A DNA stretch of 39,908 nucleotides from a virus. Its lineage: Duplodnaviria > Caudoviricetes. The translations under genes were made by a program, and so were the position numbers. Below, piece after piece: positions 16,835 through 25,748 of the stretch. The notes under the pieces were generated by a model. It had not been told where the DNA came from. It did no database searches and saw only the letters and a program-made list of their open reading frames with translations. The number at the start of each line of letters is the position of its first letter. The stretch's first letter is position 1. Where the stretch lies: IMG/VR virus record IMGVR_UViG_3300031972_001807, positions 1 through 39,908 of that record; one strand, given 5' to 3'.

Positions 16835-19261
16835 ATGGTTCGCGTATCGGTACCTCAGTATACATCAAACGTTCGGGCCCGCGGGGTCAACCAACAAAAC
16901 ATCAGCGTAAACGCCAGCCCTGATGCGTTCGGCGCGTCGATCGGCAACGCGATACAAGGCGCATCCCGCGGCATCACCAGCGCGGCCGAGGCACTAGATT
17001 ATCGTGACGCCCTGAAGGCAGAAGCAGATGCACGGCAGGCCGCCAACGAATACCGGGGCGTTGTACGATCCGGGCTGTACGACCCGAACACCGGGTACCT
17101 CGTACAGTCAGGGGCGAACGCCATCAACGGCCAGCGTCAAAGCACCTTCGAGAACTTGGCCGAGGCTCGGTCGGACATCGTCGGCCGGTTGAGCCCACGC
17201 GCGCAAAAGTCGTTCGAGCAGTTCGCCGATGGTCTGGATAACAGTGCGCAGGACAGCGCCATCCGGCACGAGGGCGTCGAGTTCAAGGGTTTCACGCTGC
17301 AGAGCTTCGAGGCGTCGGCGCAGGGCTTCCTCGACGATGCGCTGATTAACGCTGCGGATGACAACAAGTTCGGGCAGAACATGCAAGCCGCCGAAGCCGA
17401 GCTCCGCCGGGCGGCCGCGTTGCAAGGCACGTCGCCTGAAGCGTTGGATCAACAGGTTGCAGCACTGCGATCGTCTGGCCAGGCCGGGCGCGTGATCGAG
17501 ATGGCCCGGCAGGATCCTGTCGCGGCGTACAACTATCTGCAAGAGAACCAAGACAGCATATCGCGCGACGAGTTCAACCGTTTGCACGAAGGCCTGGAGC
17601 CCGCATACTACGCCGCAGGCGCGCGTAACTGGGTGTCAGGGCAGAACGCGACACATGTCGCGGCCGGTCACGCCGACGAGGATCAATACGGCGTGCCGTT
17701 CTGGATCAGCGGACCCGAGAGCGGTGGCGACAGCAACGCCGCTAACCCACTGAGCTCGGCCCGGGGCCGCGTGCAGTTCATCGACGGCACGTACCTGAGC
17801 TATGTCAACCGCCTGCAGCCCTCATGGGCCCAGGGTCTGACGGAGCAAGAGATACTCGAGACGCGCCGGGATCCCGCCAAAGAGGGCGAGATATACCGGG
17901 CGTTCCGTGCCGACAACCAGAACGCACTGCGCAGCGCTGGGCACCAGGTCACGCCGCGATCGGAATACATGGCCCACCACATGGGCCCCGAGATCGCCAA
18001 TGCGATGCTGAACGCCGAGCGCAACGGTGGGCTGGGCGGCTCGCTTCGTGACCTGCTCAACGCGAACGGTGTGAACGCGCAACAGTGGATGGACGCTAAC
18101 CCGTGGATGCGGGGTAAGACCGTGGCCGGTGCACTCGGTTGGTTCGCCAACAAGACAGGCGGCCGCGGGCAACAAGGTTTAGGTGCCACCCCGTCGAACA
18201 CCGTTTCTAACCCGGCGTTGCTCATGGCCGAGGCGGTTAACATCGAAGACCCTCAGCTGCGCGCCGCCACGATCCGCGAACTGCAGCTACGGATATCCGC
18301 CGAGGAAACCGTGCGCGGAGAGACGACACGCCTCGCGAGCGAAGAGGCATGGAAGATCGTTGACGAGGGTGGCAGCCCTTCAGACATCCCGCCAAACCTA
18401 CAGGCCGAGATCGGCATCAACGGCATGAACGAGATCTTCAACTCGTACGAGCGCAACCAAACCGGGGTGGACTTCACCGACGAGACGCGGCATCTCGAGC
18501 TGCTCGACCTGGCGCGGGACAACCCGACCGACTTCGCAGCCTTGGACCTGAACGAAGACCGGGCGAACCTGTCACGCGGTGACCTGCTGGCCCTACGGGA
18601 TCTCCAGTCGGATATCGGTGGTTCGCTGAAGGTCACCAACGAGCAAGGGTCGGCCGCGTTGGTCTACACCGACGCGGATTATCGTACGGCGATGAACGAC
18701 GCGTCGGAACAGTACCATGCTGCCGCAGGTGTCACCCCGGGTTCTCAGATGACCCAGGAACAAATGGCCCAATACAACCGCTTTACGCAGCAACTGCGCA
18801 GCGGCATGTCCGCGTTCGCGAACGAGCACGGTCGTCAGATGTCGTTCGAAGAGCGTACGAACATGGTCAACACGCTGCTGGCACCCGTTGTTATCGACGG
18901 CGTCGATCTCCATAGCGGGTTCGGTAAAGGCACGTTCCTGTCGGATGTGCCGTTGCTGGCGCGCGAAGGTTTCGAGATGCAGCTGGAGCGCGAGGACGTA
19001 CCACCGTCGGAAGAGCGCCGCATCCGTGACAGCCTTAGCCGGTCGTTCGGCCGCGAGGCGTCCGAGGACGAGATCGTCGAGCAGTGGGAAAACGAACTGC
19101 TGATGTCTATGGGCATCTCGCCGGTCATCGAGTACAGCGAGATACCGCGCGATATCCGCCGGATGATCAACGATCAGTACCCTGGCGCGAGCCGCGAGGA
19201 GGTGACCGACGCGTTCCTCGCATTGTCCATGCGGGCGGCGCTGGATGCACGCGGCGAATAG
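16835..19261 (+). CDS. Internal virion protein with lytic transglycosylase-like domain
   Basis: PESGGDSNAANPLSSARGRVQFIDGTY and YMAHHMGP match lysozyme-fold motifs. Confidence 0.8.
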   Translation: MVRVSVPQYTSNVRARGVNQQNISVNASPDAFGASIGNAIQGASRGITSAAEALDYRDALKAEADARQAANEYRGVVRSGLYDPNTGYLVQSGANAINGQRQSTFENLAEARSDIVGRLSPRAQKSFEQFADGLDNSAQDSAIRHEGVEFKGFTLQSFEASAQGFLDDALINAADDNKFGQNMQAAEAELRRAAALQGTSPEALDQQVAALRSSGQAGRVIEMARQDPVAAYNYLQENQDSISRDEFNRLHEGLEPAYYAAGARNWVSGQNATHVAAGHADEDQYGVPFWISGPESGGDSNAANPLSSARGRVQFIDGTYLSYVNRLQPSWAQGLTEQEILETRRDPAKEGEIYRAFRADNQNALRSAGHQVTPRSEYMAHHMGPEIANAMLNAERNGGLGGSLRDLLNANGVNAQQWMDANPWMRGKTVAGALGWFANKTGGRGQQGLGATPSNTVSNPALLMAEAVNIEDPQLRAATIRELQLRISAEETVRGETTRLASEEAWKIVDEGGSPSDIPPNLQAEIGINGMNEIFNSYERNQTGVDFTDETRHLELLDLARDNPTDFAALDLNEDRANLSRGDLLALRDLQSDIGGSLKVTNEQGSAALVYTDADYRTAMNDASEQYHAAAGVTPGSQMTQEQMAQYNRFTQQLRSGMSAFANEHGRQMSFEERTNMVNTLLAPVVIDGVDLHSGFGKGTFLSDVPLLAREGFEMQLEREDVPPSEERRIRDSLSRSFGREASEDEIVEQWENELLMSMGISPVIEYSEIPRDIRRMINDQYPGASREEVTDAFLALSMRAALDARGE

Positions 19262-19264
19262 CTA

Positions 19265-19293
19265 TTGATACCAAATACCGCGTAGGGTATCAT
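19265..19293 (+). promoter_or_regulatory. Internal sigma70-like promoter, leaderless
   Basis: TTGATA, 17 nt, TATCAT; ATG after 5 nt. Confidence 0.6.
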
Positions 19294-19298
19294 GCGGT

Positions 19299-22200
19299 AT
19301 GGCAAAAACATCATACATGAGCACAGGCTCCCCGCTGGACCGCGTCCGTCAGGACCAAATTCGTGAAACCGCTGCGCGGACTATGGCGGAGCGCAATCAA
19401 GCTATCGCCCAGGCTGCCGCCCAAACGTTGGGGGCAGCACGCGCGAGCGGGACGAGCCCCGAGCAGACGACCCGGGGCCGGGCCCTCGCGTCCACCGCGC
19501 TGGGGAACCCGGATATCCGGTTGACGGATCCAGCGACGATGGACGCCCTAGAGGCGCGCGTGCAGCTGCAACGCGAGCAGAAGATGCTAACCGATCACCC
19601 CCGCACCGCACAGTGGGCCAGCGATTACAATAACGCCGCCATGGGTCATGACGATCTGGAGAACGTTGGCGCGTTCGAGAGTGCAGGCCGGGCCATCTCT
19701 AAACGCACCGATGCTATATACGACGGCTTCGCGCTGGGCGGCGCGCTGGATAAACTGCGCGAGATGCAGGCGGCGAACGCAGACGCGCAGCTGTCGCTCG
19801 ATGAGATAATGGCGGACGAGCGCGAACGGCAGCTGTCACGTCAAACCGAACTGAACGCTTTCCGTGACAACGTACCGGAAAACTCACCCGGCTACAACAC
19901 CATCGTACGACGCGATCGGGACGCCGACCCGTCCGAGCTTACACCCGCTAGCGAGATGACGGCGGGGGCCCGCGGTCTTTGGCGGTGGGTGAAGACGCGC
20001 GGGTTTGCAGGCGACGAAAAGCTGCAGGAAATTGAAGAGCGGCTAAACACGCGCATTGATGAGAACCTCGCCGATCGGGCATTCGAGGCAGGCGAGCGGG
20101 AAGCGCTTTGGCCCACGCCGAACTGGCGCGCAGATATCGAACAGAAGATCGGATCTCTCGACGGCACCAGCGCGTCGGATAGCTTCGTCGGGATGATGAA
20201 AGTGTTCGGTCAGAACCCGGCACGCAGCGCGCAATACCTGATGGAAGTCGGGGCTGAGAACGGTCTGACGATCGCCGCGGGTATCGGCGCAGGTGTCGTG
20301 ACACGAAGCCCCGTTGCGGCGGCAACCGTCATGGGTACCGGCAGCTACATCACAAGTAGCGAACTTTATTTTGACGAGCTCGTCCACCAATACGGTCACG
20401 ACCTGACAACCGAGGAAGGCCGATCGGCGTTCATGGCCGACCCTCAAGTGCTGACGGACTTACGCGATAAATCTAAGGCGTATGGCTTGGTTGTCGGTTT
20501 CCTCGACGGTATGTCCGCCGGGGTGGCAAGCAAGGCTTTGCTCGAAAATCCTGTCGGGAATATGATGGTGCAGATGCTGGCGCAGGGTACTCTCGGCGGC
20601 AGCGGCGAACTGTTCGGGCGGTTGGCGGCCGACGAGGAAATTGATTGGACCGAAGTTTTCCTCGAAGCGTTCGCCGAGATGGCGTCCGCACCGCTCGAGG
20701 TTGGCGGTATGGCGGTAAGCGGTGCACAGCGCCGTGTCGCAGATGTGCAAAATGCGCGTCGGCGTCGTACGTTGTTCGACATCCTGTCCGGCAACGCTGA
20801 TGCCAGCACGCTACGCCAGCGCGACCGCGACGCGTTCGCCGATGCCATCCAAGAGGTGACAGAGAACGGACCGGCCGAGCGCATCTTCGTAGATCCGGAC
20901 ACGATCGAAGAGCTGTTCCAAGGCGCGAACGCTCCGATGTCGATCGAAGAATTTTTCGACGCCGTGCCCGATCTCGACTTCCGCGAGTTCACCGAGGCCC
21001 GCGATACAGGGTCGCAGTACGTAATCCCGACGGGTGTCTATGCGGCATTCATCGCCGGGACCGAGCTGGACAGCGTACTCAAGAACCACATTCGGATGAA
21101 CGCTGACGACATGACGCTGGCCGAGGCCGACGAGTTCATGCAAGGTTTGGCATCTGCGCAGGCAGATCTCGAGGCTACGGTCGACCGCGCCGATACGCTT
21201 ATCGGCCGTTTGGAGGGCCCGCTTGCTGATGAGTTCAGCCGGTTATCGTCCGAGATCGTAGAAGCGCAAGGTATCACGACCGATGCCGCGCAACGTCAGG
21301 CCGGTGTGCTCGTAGCTTCGGCACGGGCTGGGGCCCAGCGTACAGGGTTAACCGTATCAGAGTACCTTCGCCGGTACACGCTCCCCACGATCCGCAACGC
21401 GCAGGATGTCGGGGCTGCGCCCGAGGTGTCGATCGAAGACCTCGAAGTGAACCAAGGCCCGGTGAAGCCAGCAGCCAACACGATCAAAGAGGACACCATC
21501 CTCGGCCCTGACGGCGAACCTGTCACGCTGTACCACGGTACGAACAAGCAGTTCTCCGAGTTTAAATCGGGTCGTATGTTCTTCACGAACCAGCGCCGGT
21601 TAGCAAATGACCACGCGCTGCGGTCTGGCTTCCAAGGTGCCCGAGTGGTCGAGGCGAACCTTGCGTTGCAAAACCCGCTACAGATCGAGCTGGGTGCAGG
21701 CGTCGATCCGGACATCCACTGGCTGAACAACACGATGTCGATCGAGGCGGCCATCCGTAGCGGCGGGCACGACAGCGTTATGATCTGGAACGCCGACGGT
21801 GAGCTGATGATCATCGCCACAGGCAACGACCAGATAACGCAACTGAACATGGCCGAGGACCAGACGTTTAACCAGCAAGCACGGGGCTCCATCATCTTGC
21901 CCGCCGACGGAAGTCAGGCGTCAATCAACGTCATGGACACTGCCGACCTGTCCACGATACTGCACGAGACCGGGCACTTTTTCCTTTGGCAGCTGCAGCG
22001 CCAGGCTAACGACGGTCTCGAAGTATCAGCGGATATGCTGGCCGACGTTCAACAGTGGTGGATGAAGAACGCGACGGACATCGCCAAAGAGGCGGGTATC
22101 GACGAGGACCAGGTCATCAAGTACCTGGACGACGGCAAAGCGGACAGCGAAGAGATCGGCAAGGCTATTCACACCGCCCTACACGAGCAGTTCGCACGTG

Positions 22201-25200
22201 GGTTCGAAGCTTACGTGATGGAAGGTAAGTCGCCGTCCAACGCGCTGCGTGCCTTGTTTGAGAGCTTCGCCGCGTGGCTGCTGTCGATCTATCGGCAGGC
22301 GAAGAACTTGAACGTCAACATGGATGACACGGTTCGCAGCGTGTTCGATCGCATGTTGACCACCGAGGAAGAGCTGGCCGCAGGTATGGACCGCGAGAGT
22401 ATAAGCGACATGATCGCCGAGACAGCCCGCGACATGGGTCTTGACGAGGAAACCTACGCGCGGCTCGTTGCGCTATCCGAGGAAGCGCGCGATGAAGGTC
22501 GCCAACTGCTGCGGTCTGAGCTCCTTAAGGCGGAGCACCGTATGCAATCAGCTGCGTACAAGGCGCGCCTGGCCGAGATCACAGCCGAAGAGACCGACGC
22601 GGTGAACACCCGCCCGGTAAACCGTGCGATCCAGTGGCTAGGTAATGGTCGGTGGTTGGGCGGTTCAACACCCGACGAGCTACCGCTGGAGCTGCGTCTG
22701 GACACGGATACCCTAAAAGCCGAGCACGGTGCGGATATCGCTAAATCGTTACCGCGTGGCCGCCGCGCGGTGCACAAGAAAGGGACAGGGCTCAGCGCCG
22801 ATGACGTGGCCGGGTGGTTCGGTTTCGGGTCTGGCGCGGAGATGCTGAAGGCTATGGTCGACGCGCCGAAAGCCAGCGAAGAGATTAAAGCCCGTGTTCG
22901 CACACGCGCCAGCGAAGAGCTGGGCGACATCATCGGTGATCGCGAAAGCATAGAGACCACCGTCGATGAAGCACTGCACGGCGAGAAACGTGGACAAGTA
23001 ATTGTGGCCGAGATGCGCGCCATAAACCGGTTGAGCGGCGGACGTAAACGCCGGATGACGACGCGTGCCATGGCGTCCTTCATCGCTCGCGATATGGTGT
23101 CTAAGATGCCAGTTCGCGAGGCCGCTCAGACCCATCGCTTCCAAAGCGCGGAGCGGCGTCAGGCGGAACTGTCCGCCCGGTTGCTCGCCGAAGGGAACAT
23201 CGAAGGCGCGTTCGACGCCAAACGTAAGCAGTTGATCCAGCACGCGCTCTATATCGAGAGCCGCAAGGTCAATGAGCTGGTAGGGAAAGCCGAGCGACTT
23301 AGCGGGCAGCTGAAGAAAAAGTCGGTCCGCGCCAACCTGGCTCGGGACTACCTCGGCGCGATCGATGACATCCTCGAGACGTACAGCTTCCGTAAGGTTA
23401 GCGGTAAGTCTGAGGTGCGCCGCGAGCGGTTGCTTGCCTACGTCGAAGGCATGACCGCGGCAGGGCGTGCAAGCGAGCTGGCGATACCTGCGCACGTTCT
23501 ACAGGCCGCCAAGCCGGTGCCGTATAAAACGCTGAGTGTTCAACGTCTGCAAGGTGTGTATGACAGCCTGAAGAACATCGAGCACACCGCGCGGCGCAAG
23601 CAGAAGCTGCTTGACGCGCAGGGCGAGCGCGAGCTGCAAGAAGTCATCGACGAGATGCAGGCTGCAGTGAACGACAGTGTCGGCGCGAGCGAGCAGAACC
23701 GCGTTCAGACGCGCACCGATCGGATCATGTCCGAGACTACCGGCTACTTCAACCTTGTCCGCAATGCTGACACCGTCCTGCGCCGCCTGGATAACTGGAA
23801 AGACCGGGGTATCATGTATCGGTTCTTCAAAGACCGGATCGATGCGGCGGGTCTCACCGCAGTAACCATGCGCGAGAAGGCGACGAACGACCTAGAAGCG
23901 CTGTTCGATGGTTACAGCACAGGCGAGCGGCAGAGCATGTCGGTCCGTCGCATGTGGGATGGCTACGATCAAGCGCTATCCAAATGGGACATCATCAGCA
24001 TTGCGCTCAACATGGGGAACAAGGACAACCTGGAGCGTCTAACGTCCAATGACAGCCGCGGCAGCTTCACTCGCGAACAGGTGGATACGTTGGTCGACAA
24101 CCTCACCAAATCCGACTGGGACTTTGTGCAGTCCGTGTGGGACCATTTGGACGAAGCGTACTGGCCGCAGATCCGCGATCGCGAACAGCGCATGACAGGC
24201 GTCGCACCGGCCAAGGTCGAAGGGCTCGAAGTAGAAACCAAGTTCGGAACGCTGCGCGGCGGGTACTACCCTATTTCGTACGATCCACGTTACACCGCCA
24301 GCGTCGGCGAGGACCGCAACCGCGACATGATGGAAAGCATGATGGCGGGTCGGTTCGGCAAGGCGCAGACGAAAAACGGCCACACGAAAGAGCGCGCATC
24401 GGGCGGCGGCGGCCGTACGATCGAGCTCGGTATGCACGTCTTATTCGGGCACATCAACCACGTGGTCCACGATCTGGCGCACGGTGAGGCGATCAACCAG
24501 ACCTGGAGCCTTTTGCAGAACCCGAAGGTCAAACGCATGTTCGAGGGCGCTGGGCGTCTCGAGGATCATAAAGCGTTGGAACTGTGGGTACAGGATGTCG
24601 CGGCCGGACCTGCGGCGGGCACCCACGTCATGGCAGGTTTCTTGCGCCGGATGAAGTCAGGTTTCACCGTGTCCAAGCTGGCGTTCAATATGTCAACCGT
24701 GGCGGTACAGGTCACCGGCCTGGCCCAGTCTATATCCGTGGTCGGGGCTAACAACCTGGCCGCAGGTATCGTCCAGTACGGCGCGTCTGGGTTCAAGCTG
24801 GCGGGCAGCATCATCGAGCGGTCTGACTTTATGCGTAAGCGCGAAGAGACATTCCAGCGCGATGTGGCCGATCTACGCAACAGCACGCAGCTGGATCCGA
24901 TGCGATCCCGCGTGTCCCAGGGTACTTGGTACATGATGCAGGCAGGTTTCTGGGCTATGCAGAAGGTGCAGTTCTACGTGGTTGACGTTCCGACGTGGCT
25001 CGGCGCGCACCGCCAAGGGCTCGGGCAGGGTATGAGCGACGCCGAGGCTGCGACGCACGCGGATCGCATGGTTGCACGTGCGCAGGCATCGGGCCTGTAC
25101 GCGGACCGCACGGCGATCGAGCGCGGGACCATGGGCCGTAACGCCCGGCAGAACGAGTTCTTGCGCCTGTTCACCACGCTCGGCAGCTATATGTTCGCCA

Positions 25201-25709
25201 AGTTCAACGTCGCTAATGAGGTCGTAGGCCGCACAAAGCGTGACATTGCAGACAGCGAAAAGAGCTCGCTATATGCGGCCGCGAAAGGCGCGACGGATCT
25301 CGTGCTTCTCTTCACTGTCGAAGCGTTGCTTTACAACGCCATTAAAGGGACGCTGCCCGGGATGGGCGAGGACGGTGACGACGATGACAGCTGGGCTAAG
25401 TTCATAGCGGCGCAGACGGCGCTGTCCGTGTTCTCGACCTTCCCGTTCGTTCGGGACATGACATCGGCGGTTCAAGGCTTCGGCGGCGGCGGTGCGTACG
25501 GTGGCATCTCCGAGACATTCGGGCGGGCGCTGAGCTCGACCGGGGATCTTCTCGCGGGCGAAGCCAACGCAGGCGACGCACGGTCGGCAAACGATCTTCT
25601 GGGTATGACCATACCGGGTTACCCTTCCACCGCAGTGTGGCGGTTGTTGGACGGCGCTGGCGTGACGGGCGAGGAACCGTCGCCGCTGGCTGTCATAATG
25701 GGCCGCTGA
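19299..25709 (+). CDS. Large polyvalent internal virion protein with ART-like and zincin domains, 2136 aa
   Basis: Position of main ejection protein; GEPVTLYHGT..FSEF..FFT..L.LQNPL..GHDSV; STILHETGH and HEQFARGFEAY; LRGGYYPISYDP. Confidence 0.8.
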   Translation: MAKTSYMSTGSPLDRVRQDQIRETAARTMAERNQAIAQAAAQTLGAARASGTSPEQTTRGRALASTALGNPDIRLTDPATMDALEARVQLQREQKMLTDHPRTAQWASDYNNAAMGHDDLENVGAFESAGRAISKRTDAIYDGFALGGALDKLREMQAANADAQLSLDEIMADERERQLSRQTELNAFRDNVPENSPGYNTIVRRDRDADPSELTPASEMTAGARGLWRWVKTRGFAGDEKLQEIEERLNTRIDENLADRAFEAGEREALWPTPNWRADIEQKIGSLDGTSASDSFVGMMKVFGQNPARSAQYLMEVGAENGLTIAAGIGAGVVTRSPVAAATVMGTGSYITSSELYFDELVHQYGHDLTTEEGRSAFMADPQVLTDLRDKSKAYGLVVGFLDGMSAGVASKALLENPVGNMMVQMLAQGTLGGSGELFGRLAADEEIDWTEVFLEAFAEMASAPLEVGGMAVSGAQRRVADVQNARRRRTLFDILSGNADASTLRQRDRDAFADAIQEVTENGPAERIFVDPDTIEELFQGANAPMSIEEFFDAVPDLDFREFTEARDTGSQYVIPTGVYAAFIAGTELDSVLKNHIRMNADDMTLAEADEFMQGLASAQADLEATVDRADTLIGRLEGPLADEFSRLSSEIVEAQGITTDAAQRQAGVLVASARAGAQRTGLTVSEYLRRYTLPTIRNAQDVGAAPEVSIEDLEVNQGPVKPAANTIKEDTILGPDGEPVTLYHGTNKQFSEFKSGRMFFTNQRRLANDHALRSGFQGARVVEANLALQNPLQIELGAGVDPDIHWLNNTMSIEAAIRSGGHDSVMIWNADGELMIIATGNDQITQLNMAEDQTFNQQARGSIILPADGSQASINVMDTADLSTILHETGHFFLWQLQRQANDGLEVSADMLADVQQWWMKNATDIAKEAGIDEDQVIKYLDDGKADSEEIGKAIHTALHEQFARGFEAYVMEGKSPSNALRALFESFAAWLLSIYRQAKNLNVNMDDTVRSVFDRMLTTEEELAAGMDRESISDMIAETARDMGLDEETYARLVALSEEARDEGRQLLRSELLKAEHRMQSAAYKARLAEITAEETDAVNTRPVNRAIQWLGNGRWLGGSTPDELPLELRLDTDTLKAEHGADIAKSLPRGRRAVHKKGTGLSADDVAGWFGFGSGAEMLKAMVDAPKASEEIKARVRTRASEELGDIIGDRESIETTVDEALHGEKRGQVIVAEMRAINRLSGGRKRRMTTRAMASFIARDMVSKMPVREAAQTHRFQSAERRQAELSARLLAEGNIEGAFDAKRKQLIQHALYIESRKVNELVGKAERLSGQLKKKSVRANLARDYLGAIDDILETYSFRKVSGKSEVRRERLLAYVEGMTAAGRASELAIPAHVLQAAKPVPYKTLSVQRLQGVYDSLKNIEHTARRKQKLLDAQGERELQEVIDEMQAAVNDSVGASEQNRVQTRTDRIMSETTGYFNLVRNADTVLRRLDNWKDRGIMYRFFKDRIDAAGLTAVTMREKATNDLEALFDGYSTGERQSMSVRRMWDGYDQALSKWDIISIALNMGNKDNLERLTSNDSRGSFTREQVDTLVDNLTKSDWDFVQSVWDHLDEAYWPQIRDREQRMTGVAPAKVEGLEVETKFGTLRGGYYPISYDPRYTASVGEDRNRDMMESMMAGRFGKAQTKNGHTKERASGGGGRTIELGMHVLFGHINHVVHDLAHGEAINQTWSLLQNPKVKRMFEGAGRLEDHKALELWVQDVAAGPAAGTHVMAGFLRRMKSGFTVSKLAFNMSTVAVQVTGLAQSISVVGANNLAAGIVQYGASGFKLAGSIIERSDFMRKREETFQRDVADLRNSTQLDPMRSRVSQGTWYMMQAGFWAMQKVQFYVVDVPTWLGAHRQGLGQGMSDAEAATHADRMVARAQASGLYADRTAIERGTMGRNARQNEFLRLFTTLGSYMFAKFNVANEVVGRTKRDIADSEKSSLYAAAKGATDLVLLFTVEALLYNAIKGTLPGMGEDGDDDDSWAKFIAAQTALSVFSTFPFVRDMTSAVQGFGGGGAYGGISETFGRALSSTGDLLAGEANAGDARSANDLLGMTIPGYPSTAVWRLLDGAGVTGEEPSPLAVIMGR

Positions 25710-25748
25710 GGGTGGCGCGCAAACACAAGCATAGCATAGGATGCAATC

